Shown here: positions 1 through 12,364 of the stretch, one piece after another
How the letters are laid out: every line of letters begins with the position of its first letter
How positions within the stretch are numbered: position 1 is the stretch's first letter
Notes under the pieces: generated by a model
Told to the model about the DNA's origin: nothing
The model's database searches: none
Seen by the model: only the letters and a program-made list of their open reading frames with translations
Assembly (NCBI GenBank): GCA_000320545.1
Contig: ADNK01002407.1
Span: forward strand, 1 to 64,000
Direction of reading: 5' to 3'
Length of the DNA stretch: 64,000 nucleotides
Source of the DNA: Bigelowiella natans CCMP2755
Taxonomy: Eukaryota > Protista > Cercozoa
Translations under genes and position numbers: made by a program

Positions 1-236
1 GCGGGCTTGAGCCCCTTGAGGAAAGACACAGATTCTATCGATCGATTCACGGTTGACTCGAAGAGGACACGCAGCTGCGCTCGCACTGTGGGGTGATCCT
101 TTATGTAGCTCTCCCAGTCTTTGAGGGAGATTTTGAGGCATTGGCAGTCCTGAGTCGGCAGAACAGTAAAAAGCGGCATTTTGAGTGGTCGCGACCCAGA
201 AATATCAGGCATTTCCTCTTACATTAGCGTTATATA

Positions 237-273
<37 letters not shown>

Positions 274-499
274 GATATTGTGTTGTTGTTGTAGAAGGGA
301 TGGGAGAAGGGTTAGGGGGGCGCTCGGCTGTAGATGATATGAAAAGTATTGAAAGCTCTTTATATAGATAGATTAAACACGAGACGTTTTGCAATCCTTG
401 CGAGTGCCAATTAAGACCCACTACTACACCTCCTATCATTTCTCTGCAATTCTACGAGTCATTACCACTCGAAAACACCATACACACACCACACGCACA

Positions 500-535
<36 letters not shown>

Positions 536-538
536 ACC

Positions 539-569
<31 letters not shown>

Positions 570-898
570 TCATCGAGTACAAGAGAGGCCAACTACCTCT
601 TCGGCACGGAAATTGTTCATTGCTACAGCCTTAGCATCCGTGAGCATGCTCTCGCCAAAGAACGATACAGGGAGCAAGTTCCAGTAAAACTTCTCTTGGG
701 GGATGCTGCCGGTGTAAATCCCAACCGCGCCGATTTCAAGCAGGTAAAAGTGGTCTAGCTTCTCCCCCCGCCGGATGATCCATTTTCCCTTCTTGAAGAC
801 CTTTGGCTTGAGCAGCTTGGCCAGCGACCGAATCTGCGCATCTTTCAGGGTGCACACCTGGGGAGGGGGGGATTGATTGAATGTATGGGATGAAATAA

Positions 899-937
<39 letters not shown>

Positions 938-2163
938 CATTATACATTCACAATACGCACGATTCGTCTCCCCCCCCCCCTCTCCCTCCTTACCAGCGCA
1001 GATCTCTGAATGGTGTCCACCGGGGATAGGACGTGGCTGAAAGGCCTAAAGAACGACAGCCAGTGGGAGGCCACCTCGGGTGTCACCCCGCGCAGTGTGT
1101 AGACAGACTTGACGTTGGGGCCGGCAGCCTTGAGCATCCTCACGGCGAAGGTTCTCTTCTTCTTATCGAGGAGGTCCACGTGCTGCACAAACCGCAGGTC
1201 AATGAAGCCCTTGGGCTCCAGCGAGGTGTTGGTCTCGAAATACGCGAGCTGGGTGATGAGCTTCCCCGTCTCGGGGTGGTTGTGCGCGAGCACGCGGAAG
1301 TAGCGCTTCTGCCAGAACCCGAGGCGCTTGCGCTTCTCCAGCCACCCCTCAAGGCCCCGGTAGGCCATGAGCCGGTTATGCTTGCTCTTGAAGCGCCGCA
1401 CCTTGCTCCCGAATTCGTCCACCGCGAAGTTCTTGACGCGGTCCTTCACGGCGGCGTGCGTCTCCCCTAACCGGTAGAGAAGGCTCTTGTTCTGGAACTC
1501 CTCTGAGACGGGGTTGCGGCGCGGGTCGTACATGTCGCAGTCGATGAGCATCTGGATCATCGGGTCGCAGAGGAAGACCAGCACGCCGGCCTCCGCGAGC
1601 ACGCGGCACTTCTCCACCGCGTCCTCGACGCTGCTGGCCACCTCGTGCACCACGAGGTAGGTCACGAGCTCCTTGGCGAAGAAGGACTGGGCGTACTTCT
1701 TGCCGTGGAAGACCGTGTCCTCTATGCGGATGCCGGGGAGGATCTGCTCGAAGAGGTACTCCACTTCCAGGCTGCTGATCTTGTCCTTCGCAAAGAGCTC
1801 TGAAACCGTGAAGCTGAGCGACCCGTGGTTCTTGAACGCGAAGAGGATGAGGTCGTCTGATGGAAGAGACGGCTCTTGTTGGTGTTGTGTTGGCGTTGTT
1901 GTTGGCGTTGTTGTTGTTGTTGTCGTTGTGTTGGCGAGCGACCAGGGGAGGTCAGTTGGCGTGCGCGTTGCATACTCTTGTGTGTGGTTAGAAAGAAATG
2001 TGGATAGTGCGTATTGTATCTTCCCGGATATTTTCGAAAGGGAACTCCGTGATGTTGATGTTTTTTTAAAAAACGTATTATTCGAGGCGCAAGCAAATCC
2101 ACCTTCCTTTGCCGTCAACTGGTCATTCCCAAGCATCATCCTTATTCGATACTGATCTCCCAC
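1..2163 (-). CDS. Multi-exon signalling protein with DEP, PH and tandem cyclic-nucleotide-binding domains; 3' end runs off the window, 5' end uncertain
   Basis: ORF 940-2163 has a DEP-like segment (GIRIEDTVFHGKKYAQSFFAKELVTYL...AVEKCRVLAEAGVL) and a PH domain (EGWLEKRKRLGFWQKRYFRV...KGFIDL...ASHWLSFF). Exon ~597-857 is a cNMP domain (FKKGKWIIRRGEKLDHFYLLEIG...FFGESML). It splices to exon 1-149 (DCQCLKISLKDW...SVSFLKGL), which leads into a second cNMP domain. Confidence 0.8.
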
Positions 2164-3857
2164 TACAAGGGCTGAAGAGGGGGGGTAGGGTTAGGGTGGA
2201 GAATTAGGGTGACGAGTTCTCCCGCCGCCTATCTATTAGTGTTTCAAACGACGAAAATGAAGAAAGAAATCGAATGCTGTCGGAAGCGAAGGAATTTCGC
2301 AATTAGGAGGAGTAGTCGTGGCTTTGATGATTCAATGATATGTGGGATCGATCAGAATCGCAGAGCCGCTCACACATTCTCATGCTATTCTGCGCGAAGT
2401 CCGCGTGTGTACATTTGTCATCCAGCGATAGCGTCTCGCCGGGATTTATCTTGACATTCCATTGCTCAACAATGTCTCCTTGCACGTTAATAATGTCACC
2501 AGCAAATAGCTGCGACTCATCGTTTTTCTACATACAAAGACCCGCACTTAGAAGATCGATTTCATAGAGAAAGAAGGCACACGATTGAGTCTATCCACGT
2601 ACGCATTCGACAAAGGGAAGCTATGATGGGAACGTGTATACGAATGAATCGTGACGCGTGTGGTCAACAAGTAGATGTTTGGATCTATTTAATAGTTCAT
2701 CGGCAGCAGAATTACGATGGATATTTGCCCTCCCATCCACTTTGGGTGTCTGCCGCCGTCGCAGTCTGAAGAAATGAAATCATCAATAAGACTAATATGT
2801 CTTTTGAAGATTCTGAATGCTTTATAGGAATAACATATGTTCTCGATGGTCTGGAAAGATAAATGTGAAACTAGTCCCCCCAACCCTGAAACTCCGCCTC
2901 TGAGAGTCAACCTCTCATCGGTCTCAACAACTATGGAATAACCTGCTTCTCCTTCCGGGGAGTAACTTGTTCTTCTCTTCCTCTTCCCAATGGATAGAGT
3001 ATCGGTTTACACCAACCGTGCGCCCTCTCCCCCAGGAAAAGCGATTGAAGTCTGAGCGCGAGGATTTCTAGTTTGCTTCGCCGATGAAGTGATAAGATAA
3101 TAATATTTCAATGGCAACAGCCCATCTTCTATCCTGCTTGGGCCAAACCTTTTCCAAAACGATTGATTTAGATATTCACACATTTTCCGATCGGTCCCAA
3201 CTCAAAATTTCACCTCCTAGCTACTTAATCCCCCCCCCAGTAAGTAGACACTCGTGTGCTGTTGACCTTGCCTCGGACAGGTGCGATCTTGGGATTTCAG
3301 TATCGTCTACGACACACATTTTCTCTTGTCGCTTGAAACAATTATATTGGCTTTTTATGATTAATTTCATGCAATATTTTCCGATATTCTTGTACGTGAA
3401 ACCTGTCAAGTGAGTCAGATAATCTGGAGATTCCCCAGAGATTCCTTCAATTTTAGAGTCGTGTCGCCCAATTCAGATGTAGGACATTATGCGGATACAG
3501 AAGACATTTTGGAGGAAAAACCTCAACGGTTCTGTACTAACGGTTTGATTGGAGCTTGGGACTGGTATTTTTGAACCTACGACAACGAAAATATCGAGAA
3601 GAAAGTTAAAATACATGCCATTTATTGGAAGTTCAGTTTTTGAATACGAGCGAGTTCGACCCCATCGTACCTCCCCTTTGGAATGTATGCAACAGCTGCT
3701 AGCTTTAGGCGGCGAGGCCGTGTATGGCGTGCATGCAAAACGCGTATCATATCATATGTTCGTTTCAAAAATATTCTAAAAGCACCGGTGGATACTTCGG
3801 TTTATGAACACTTCTTAGAAAACAAGTATAATTTATGAAATTTCCTTCAGAGTCACG

Positions 3858-5629
3858 ATGGCCTCAGCAGCCGCCAACGCTTCTCCGGGGGTGACGAAAT
3901 ATACACACCTTGGTGTCATAGGAAAGGGAACCTTTGGCAAAGTTTCTAAGATAAGAAGGAAAAGCGACAGAGAGGTCCGACATGGAATGAAAGAAAAGGT
4001 TGCACCTCCAGTTTTCCAAACTTAGTTCATCATCTTAACAACAGATTCTAGCTTGGAAGGAACTTTACTATGGAAACATGACAGAGAAAGAAAAGCAACA
4101 GCTAGTGGCAGAGGTTAGGATTCTCAACACTGTACGCCGTAGCGGTTCCTAGCACGTTGAAATAATATGTCGTTCGTGCAGTGGTTGCTCGCTGCAAGGA
4201 ACTCCAGATTTAAATCAACCGTACTTCATTAGGTGAATATACTGCGGGAGCTTTCTCACCCCAATATCGTCAAGTATTATGACCGAGTCATAGGTACGTC
4301 TGAGCGACGTGTGGGAACTGTGACTAGAGATAGAACACTCGTAGCGTACAGCAATTGTGAGTTGAGTTCAACGCCTTCCTTCGCATACTTCAGACCGAAC
4401 TCAGAAGAAAATCTATGTTGTGATGGAATACTGCGCGGGAGGAGATCTAGGGAGTTACATAAAAGAAAAACGAGCGAAACGGTGGGTTAAGCTGTTGAGA
4501 GAGATCTGAAAAGTATGCGTCCGTGTGTGTGTGTGTGTGTGTGTGTGTGCAAGTGCGTTCCCTCGTTTCATGGGATATAATCTAACAACCCAAATCACAT
4601 CAGATGTCTTATTCTCTCTCTCCCTCTCTCTCTCTCTCCCTTTGTTTCATTCAGGAAATGGGTTTCAGAGCGTCTGATATGGCGGATTTTGTCGGAGACT
4701 GCAAGCGCTCTTCGTCATTGTCATTTGAGGGACTCGGGTGATAAGATTCTCCACAGAGATCTGGTAGAAAGAGCGATAGATCAAGTTTTTATCGTTTAAT
4801 ATAGCTCTCCTCTCTCTTCCCCCCCCTCTCTCGCTCTCTCTCTTTCTCTTTCTCACAAATACCCATATGGCACGCTGGTTCGTATGCTGCTCCCAGTCAC
4901 ACAATACAGAGATCGCGAACACTCATATGAACCCCCTTCCCCCCCCCCTAAGAATTGCGGAGGATAGCAATGCAATGATGATGATGATGATGGCTATGCT
5001 GATTTAGAAACCTGGAAACATATTTTTGGACGAAGAACTACATGTGAAACTGGGCGACTTCGGCCTTGCTACCGTGCTGAATAGCAGCACTTCCTACGCC
5101 AAGACGCATGTAGGAACTCCATACTACATGTCCCCAGAGCAGGTTTGATGCTGCAATGTTATGTATTCAATTGCATGCGCGCGCGCGTGTGTGTGCGTGG
5201 TTATAGGAAAAATATTCAAAATCGTATTTTGGGATGTGAGGTGTGATGGTGATAAGAGCATTGAGAGGACGAGTACACGCAGTGATCTCATTGAAAAACC
5301 CCGCTTCACCCAGCCATATGAAGCTTGGTGGTCGTTCCCAAAAATGATCATTCTGGGTTGCAAGCGCCTCCTTTCTGCTGTTAAGACTGATAGCCATGCA
5401 GTGCAATATGAAGAACCCTCCCAATGTTGTCGTATCGATTTCCGTTGTCATGTTAGAATAAACATAATTTTTGTGTAGGTGACAGAGGCCAACTACAACG
5501 AGAAGAGTGACATATGGTCGCTTGGATGCTTGGCGTATGAGCTAGCAAGCCTCACCCCCCCTTTCAGGGCTAAGAATCATGTGAGATGAAATCAGAGAAA
5601 GTCGTGTTGACGCTCGACTACTCGTTATA

Positions 5630-5667
<38 letters not shown>

Positions 5668-6558
5668 ATATATTAAAATATTAAAATATGCTGTAAATGT
5701 AATCGTGAAATGCCTAAGATATGAACCGCCTGCTTCTTGTTTGTCCTCGCAGCTTGCTCTCGCGGTCAAGATCCAGCAGGGAAAGTACGCGAGAATACCA
5801 CGGCACTACAGCGTGGATCTTGACGACATCATACGGCAAATGCTAAGGTCTCCACTGTTTGGCGGCGAGGAGGCCATGATGATGTCGCAGCACCCACACG
5901 AATCACTTCGGCGTCTAATCTGAAATATGATTTTGGTGAATGCCCTTTGCTGCTGCTGCTGCAGGGTTGATTCCAAGGCACGGCCACGGATCGACGAGCT
6001 GATAGCGATTGTGAGTTCCAGGAGGAAGGCTTACAGGAGAGAGTCAGCAGGTCTCGTTATTCACTTTGTCACATGTGCGTCGGTGGGGTGGTCGGTTGAC
6101 CGATTCGCTCCACGCTTCCTCAGGCGACGAACGAGCAAAGAGGAGATCCAGTCTCTCAAAACAACTCGAAGAGGTACATAGGAGAGAAAATGGAGGAGCA
6201 AGCGAGGGGGGGGGGTTGACACCGCTGCAGCATCCTCTGTCAATGCCCCACGAGTGTTACGGCGTGTGGGCTGGCCGTTGATTTGCCTTCGCTCAGTATC
6301 ATCGCGTGTCTCACCACCGCCAACAACACAAAGGTTCAGAAGCGGGCCGCGTATCTGGACGAGAGAGAAAAACTCCTCGAGAAGAAGGAAAAGGAGCTCA
6401 GCGCGAGGGAAGCTGCGGTGCGGTTGCGCGAGGCGGACCTTTTGCGAAAATTCGATTATTCGCCCAAGATCAAAACTCGGCGAGGGGGGGGGAGGACGGT
6501 GCTCGGCAAGCTTGATGCGAACCTGCGACCCTTGGTTTTCAAGTTTCCCTCCTTGTAG
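3858..6558 (+). CDS. NIMA-related Ser/Thr kinase (NEK2-like), about 11 exons, coiled-coil tail
   Basis: Spliced motifs [115 protein letters not shown] introns. Confidence 0.93.
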
Positions 6559-7265
6559 CTGGAAGGCAGCATCGCGCTCCTTTTCACGTACGATGAGCAT
6601 TAAGGCGCGGTCGTACTGTTAGTGAAAAAGACGATGTGACGCGAGATCAAGCGCCATTAATACCCTGGTGAAAATGTAATATATTTAATAACGAGGTCAA
6701 TAACGTCGGACAATTATAAAAAGCTCTGTAGATCTAGTAGATGGGGGTGGCGAACAGGCTTGACCGCGCATGGGCTTCTTTGCATGCTAGCATGGTGGTT
6801 GGCTTGTTTTCATGCATGCGAAACTAAATTGGTGATGGCAGTCAAGACAGTGATGCAGCTAAATCAAGGTCAAAGTCATCATGCAGATCTTGTATTGAGC
6901 AGTGTGCGGGCTAGATCTAGAGATGGCATGTCGTACACGAATGCTGCACCATAGAGCATGCTAGCATTTATTGGTGGATGATGGCCAATAAAGCTTTGCG
7001 CATGATCGATCAACGGGTCGAAATTTTATATTATTCTGCGTCGGTTGCCTACGACGTACTAGTAGCTAGCTGGCCAATCTAGCAATCTAGCTATGTAGTC
7101 ATGTGCACATCGCACGCTAGCACGATCTACTAGCATGCAAGCTAGCGATGGCTAAATTAAAGCAATTAATATTTGATTATCCGGACTCATAGCTGCATGG
7201 CATAGCTAGATAGCTAGATAGCATAGCCTTGCTAGCTTGATGGCTCTGCTGGCCATGCTAGCATG

Positions 7266-7424
7266 TATATACACCCTGTTAGAATGTGTGTGTTTTGAAA
7301 CACATGTGACATAGCTCAGGTGTGCTTTAGAACATGCGTGCCTCTAGTACATGTGTTGTATTTATAGTTATATCTGAACATGTGTGTGTTACATTCACTA
7401 CATGTGTATTAACAGGTGTGTATC
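7266..7424. mobile_element. Small MITE-like element
   Basis: Imperfect terminal inverted repeats (tatacaccctgtta ... taacaggtgtgtat) around ~130 bp of internally repetitive acatgtg sequence. Confidence 0.35.
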
Positions 7425-7569
7425 ATAGCCTTGCTCGCTCGCCCGGTCGCTTTACGGTTGGTCCCCATGTACGGCTTGGCTATGCCTCATGATGCAATGA
7501 TGTACTCATTTTCAAATTGACGAAACCGATTTCAAAATCTAATAAATGGTAAGTTGTTTACTTTAGATG

Positions 7570-8478
7570 TTAACAAAAAAACCAGTAGTACGCTATTATT
7601 AACAACAGCAATCCCGACAACATCCTGCCCCCTTTTGTGGGGAGTAAAGCGTTGCTAGTGCTGAGGCTAGTATCGACACGCAACGATGGATTTGTTCTGA
7701 GTTGTCGTTGCGCATCCACCAGTATGTTCCAAATGACAGACGCTCTCCTGTACTTTTGCTTGGGTTCACCCCCATTGGTGTGTATACTTTCCTCGGAGTG
7801 ATGGAGACCAACAACGTGCCAGTCATTTTTCCGGGCAAAAAAAAGAGGCGAGCCGGAAGCTCCCTTTCCGGATTTATTTTTAATGTGAAGATAAGGCCCT
7901 TGGATGTTCAAAATTCTTGAATGTGATGTTTGCCTCGGCCCCCCCCCCCGATGCCCCACCAGGGTTACATCAGTTCCGATTTTCATCGTAAACTTAATGC
8001 TAATTGGAAGAGGGTCAACTCCGCGCACCCGCTCACATGCCACAAATGTGTAGTCTAATTTTTTATTTGTGCATAGAAATATGTCGGGCCTCAGATTGTA
8101 GGTTGCCCCTCTGTCGTAGGAGCTCACATATTTGAACGTTGCCGTGGCTCGGGTTGTCTTTTCATCCACCACGTGGTTATTCGTCAAAATGAAGCTAAAA
8201 CTGTGGGAAGAGAGCGCGCTGCCCCCAAGCGCTGCAAATCGGTCCCTGATGAGACGAAAGCGGTCCTCTAGAGTCTGCGTGCAAACGAGAAAGCCAGTGC
8301 CTGTGTGGCTAGAAAGCGAGATCTTGCAAACAGCATTCTTTCGTTTTTCGATGATGCTGTCCAACACCAGGGAATTTCCTTCAGTAAGAGACGGGGGCCG
8401 TGAGAAATCACTAATCGTCCCGATCCTAGGCATCTTCGGCCACACGCACCGCGTTGGGGTGCACGGATGTTCGTACAC
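7570..8478 (-). CDS. Trypsin-like serine protease (Trypsin_2 type) with C-terminal membrane anchor, intronless
   Basis: GTGFLV, catalytic His (LTNNHV), Asp (LDYTFV) and Ser (GASGSP), VVGLHH, and a hydrophobic C-terminus (LLLLIIAYYWFF). Start codon uncertain. Confidence 0.85.
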   Translation of the reverse strand: MYEHPCTPTRCVWPKMPRIGTISDFSRPPSLTEGNSLVLDSIIEKRKNAVCKISLSSHTGTGFLVCTQTLEDRFRLIRDRFAALGGSALSSHSFSFILTNNHVVDEKTTRATATFKYVSSYDRGATYNLRPDIFLCTNKKLDYTFVACERVRGVDPLPISIKFTMKIGTDVTLVGHRGGGPRQTSHSRILNIQGPYLHIKNKSGKGASGSPLFFARKNDWHVVGLHHSEESIHTNGGEPKQKYRRASVIWNILVDAQRQLRTNPSLRVDTSLSTSNALLPTKGGRMLSGLLLLIIAYYWFFC

Positions 8479-8993
8479 GAATTTATCTAACTAGCAAGAT
8501 GAAACAATGAAACAATGAAACAAGATGAATCAAGAAGAAATATGAGAATGAATCTCGGGAAATGTTGCTGACAGTTTGTCAATTGCGACAACGAATCGCA
8601 ATGTCGCACAGTTAAAACGACAGCTGTTCCTCCCCCCCCCCCTTAGTTAAATGACGCCCCCACTCGGCGCTCGGCGCTTGGGCCAACCCTGATGTTCAAC
8701 CTTGTCATCTGATTTTCATGTAGATCCATGGCAGAAACAGTGATGTCATGCACAGCATGCATGCTGCATCATGTCCATTCAATTTGCAGAAAAAATGTGC
8801 TCTGCAGGTGAACGGTTCGCAAGCTAGCAAGCAATGGAACATGAGCATGCTAGCATGCTAGCATGCCAGCATGTGGGTGTCATGCAATCATCGATCTCAG
8901 GTTAGTCGATCGAAAACACACCTGCAAATGATGCTTCGATCGGCGTGGAACATCAACGATTGCACTGACTAGCAAGCTAGCTAGCTGAGCCCA

Positions 8994-9319
8994 TGTAGCG
9001 CGTACCACTACGCGGGCACAAGTCACGTGCGACAACAAAGGGGTTGTCGCGGATATAGAATATAGATAACGTAGATATTAATACAGCATAGGCACGTGGG
9101 TTCCGGCGGGACTCATGGCAGCACACCGGAAGTGTGCTGCCCCACGTGCGGCGGCATTCGCGAAAGCTTCGCGAATGATTACGCAGTGCACGATTTAATA
9201 AAAATATAATCTTTAATAAAAATAAACACAACTCTTCAAAAGGAAGCAAACGTGCCTTTCCCCCCCCCTGCCTACTTGTGCACGTAGCGCCTCGGCCTGT
9301 GAACACCTTACGCGCAACA
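8994..9319 (+). repeat. 5' LTR
   Basis: tgtagcgcgta...tacgcgcaaca, with short terminal inverted repeats. Matches 14383-14708. Confidence 0.97.
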
Positions 9320-9358
9320 ACCTTTGGCTTCCACACACGGGAAACGATTTGACTAACA

Positions 9359-12300
9359 ATGTCACAGCAGCTAGAAGAACAGCAGGACTTTGGCTCGCAG
9401 GCCGTGCAAGGGCACGAGCAGAAACAGGAAAGGAAGGGCGATACGGACGCTAAGGAAGGAGGAGGAACACCTCCACAGGCACCGCCGGGACCAGCACCCG
9501 GGATTAAGAAAGCAGATGCAGCAGCAGAGGCACTGGAGAACTTCTACGAGGCGGACGACGAGGACGTGGCCGCCGAAAGCAAGAAGGTCGTAATGGCATT
9601 ACGAGCCTTGCGACCCAGGGCGAGCAACTACGCCAAACTGAAAGTATCGATAGAATACAAGTATCAGACACATGATGTTTGGGCAGCTATCATGCAGGAC
9701 ATCATGGATTACGAAGCAGACTTACCTCCAGAGTGGGCAGCTTTGTTTAGGAACGACGGGGGTCTGGGCGCCTCGCGGGGGACGACCCAGAGCACCGTCA
9801 AGCAGCAGCAGCCGGTACAGCGGAACACCCAGTTCATGTCTGTTAAAACAGCACCGGTTATGATAACGAAATACAACGGGAAAAGAGGTGAGGCAAGGAG
9901 GTGGTGGAAGAACGCTAGGAGTATACTCTGCGACTTTACCCCTAACCCCACCGAAAACGACAAGCTCAAATGGCTAGCTATAATAAAGCAAGCCATGGAC
10001 CTTTACGAGACAGGCAGGACCCGGATCAGGCAGCTAGAGAAAATACACACTACAGTTAGTGGGCTACGAGACGTTGAGGCGATAATGAAGGCTTTTGTAA
10101 ATGAACAGGATGCTAACTCCCTACCCCAGGCTATTAGAAAATACAGAGCAATGATGCAGCATGAGAGAGAACCTGTTAGAGACTTTGCCACGCGCTTCCA
10201 GGATATGATCGACGAACTACATGATTTTAATTACAACACAGGTGATGATCAGGCAAGGTTTGAAGAGTTCAAGTTAAAGATAAAGGAATCCACTTACGTT
10301 ACGGAGAAAGGCTACACCACGATGGAGGCAGCAGTGCAGGCTATATCCCTACGCGAGCAGGAGCAGGACCGCAAGTTTACCAGCCCTAAGGTACCTGGCA
10401 TAGGAAACATTAACGCTATTAAGCCGCAGCGAGACTGGTACAAGGACAGGGAAGGTAACCGACGTTGCGGATACTGCTCACGTAAAGGGAAACACACCGC
10501 TAAAGACTGCAGAGACAGGAAAGAAGGACGACCCAGGATGACGATCAGGCAGCTCAACGAACACTACGAGAAGTTAAAGAGAAAGAAAGGCAGAGGACAA
10601 GGATATAACAACAGCAAATGGCAAGGCAGCAACAACGGGAAGAACAATAAATATAAGAACAAAAAGCAGAACAGTATCAATGCTATACAGCAGCAGATAA
10701 ACGGAATATTAGATCACCTTAAGCAGGCGCCGACGAAGACAGCAGTACCAGCAACGCAGGACCAAGACAAGCCCATGACCCTAGACGACATAAAGAACTT
10801 AGGAGTATGCAACATTAATGACGAAGACGCTAACAGGACTATCAAAGTTGCTATGACCAAGGTTAAAGTTAAAGACAGCTACGGAGACTACAAGAAACTA
10901 CCTGCCCTTTGGGATAGTGGCAGCATGCCGAAGTCCTTCATAAGCCTAAGCACAGTAAGAAGGTTAGGACTATTGGATCAAGTGACTAAGAAAGAACGTA
11001 AATATGCTCAAGCAGACGGAAGCTCTTCCATGAAGACCGTCGGTGAGCTAATGCTAAAGCTACAGATACCTGGCAGCGACGCGGAGACCCAAATCAAGAC
11101 CCGAGTAGCCATGACTTTATCCATGGAACTACTCCTCGGACAGGATGCCCTAGAAAAATTAGGGGGGATCATATCATTCTACAATCACAAGATATACTTT
11201 GCTAAGTTGCCAAAGAAGTCAGGCAGGACCATCAGCCAGAACATGATACGGCTTGACGAGTGGACCTCTGAGTCAAGCGTTAATGCGTTAGAGTTTATGG
11301 ACCTAGCGGACAACAAGCTACCTACACCTACCGAGCTACGGAAGAAGAACCCCGGCAAGACCATCCGACAGATAACGGAGCTACTGGACAAGACCCCCCC
11401 AGCTGATGATTGGGATATCGACAAAGGCAAAAAGTACATTAATAAAATATTAAACGAGAAGTACTCTGACATCACCAAGCCGACGACGAAGCCCTCCAGC
11501 AAGCTTACCCCAGTAAAGATCGAGCTAAAGAAGGGATACGAAGAGTGCATCATCAATGACCCAGAACATAGGCGACCGGAAGCGGACTGGGAAAAGATAG
11601 AGTGGCAGATCAATGAATGGGCAAAGGAAGGGAAGATAGAGCCAAGCAACTCACCATGGAACGTGAGACATGTGCTAGCTAAGAAACCTACTTACCCTTT
11701 CTTCCGCCTGGCGCACAACTTCATCCGCCACAACCGAGTAATAAAGAGGATCCAGACACCTACACCAAGGATAGATGACGTTATTGAACACGTCATAGGA
11801 TACAAATACTACTCTTCCCTAGATAAAAATGAATCATACATGCAGACACCCATCCACAAAACCTCCCGCCCCATTACCGCGTTCTCCAGCAGGCACAGGA
11901 AGTGGCACTTCGTCGTATTCCCTTACGGCCTAAGCATATCAGGGGATGCGTTCAGTAGTCAGAACTACAGGGCATACACACATGATGGGATGGCGTCTGT
12001 GTTGTGGGTGTTTGTGTTTGTGTATGTGGATGATGACATAATATGTACCAACACAGTCGTCGCTCAGATCTTCCTCCTGGAAAATATATTTATTAGGTTT
12101 GCACACTTCGGTTTTACTATTAGACTGCAGAAGTGTACATTCCTAGCTACAAGAATCAAGTGGTGTGGATATTACCTGGAGCAAGGCCGCATCACCCCAA
12201 ACCCCGAGAAAGTAGCAGCACTACAGCAAGCCCCTAAACCTAAGAATGCAAAGGAGTTAAAGCATTCTTGCAGACTGCAGCTTGGATACTACGTAGGTTC

Positions 12301-12364
12301 TCCCCTACCTACGCTAGGACTGCAGCTGCTTTTACTACTGCTTACCGGAAGGAGAACTCTGTAG
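9359..12364 (+). CDS. gag-pol: Gag-protease-reverse transcriptase (true frame lost at ~12260)
   Basis: Zn knuckle CGYCSRKGKHTAKDC (CX2CX5HX4C), aspartic protease LWDSGS, RT motifs IEPSNSPWN, PRIDD, PYGL, YVDD, KCTF. Confidence 0.93.
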   Translation: MSQQLEEQQDFGSQAVQGHEQKQERKGDTDAKEGGGTPPQAPPGPAPGIKKADAAAEALENFYEADDEDVAAESKKVVMALRALRPRASNYAKLKVSIEYKYQTHDVWAAIMQDIMDYEADLPPEWAALFRNDGGLGASRGTTQSTVKQQQPVQRNTQFMSVKTAPVMITKYNGKRGEARRWWKNARSILCDFTPNPTENDKLKWLAIIKQAMDLYETGRTRIRQLEKIHTTVSGLRDVEAIMKAFVNEQDANSLPQAIRKYRAMMQHEREPVRDFATRFQDMIDELHDFNYNTGDDQARFEEFKLKIKESTYVTEKGYTTMEAAVQAISLREQEQDRKFTSPKVPGIGNINAIKPQRDWYKDREGNRRCGYCSRKGKHTAKDCRDRKEGRPRMTIRQLNEHYEKLKRKKGRGQGYNNSKWQGSNNGKNNKYKNKKQNSINAIQQQINGILDHLKQAPTKTAVPATQDQDKPMTLDDIKNLGVCNINDEDANRTIKVAMTKVKVKDSYGDYKKLPALWDSGSMPKSFISLSTVRRLGLLDQVTKKERKYAQADGSSSMKTVGELMLKLQIPGSDAETQIKTRVAMTLSMELLLGQDALEKLGGIISFYNHKIYFAKLPKKSGRTISQNMIRLDEWTSESSVNALEFMDLADNKLPTPTELRKKNPGKTIRQITELLDKTPPADDWDIDKGKKYINKILNEKYSDITKPTTKPSSKLTPVKIELKKGYEECIINDPEHRRPEADWEKIEWQINEWAKEGKIEPSNSPWNVRHVLAKKPTYPFFRLAHNFIRHNRVIKRIQTPTPRIDDVIEHVIGYKYYSSLDKNESYMQTPIHKTSRPITAFSSRHRKWHFVVFPYGLSISGDAFSSQNYRAYTHDGMASVLWVFVFVYVDDDIICTNTVVAQIFLLENIFIRFAHFGFTIRLQKCTFLATRIKWCGYYLEQGRITPNPEKVAALQQAPKPKNAKELKHSCRLQLGYYVGSPLPTLGLQLLLLLLTGRRTL

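Noticed and set aside
8977-9336. Duplicated 119/128-aa minus-strand ORFs (also 14336-14722)
   Set aside because: These are read-throughs of the two LTRs.
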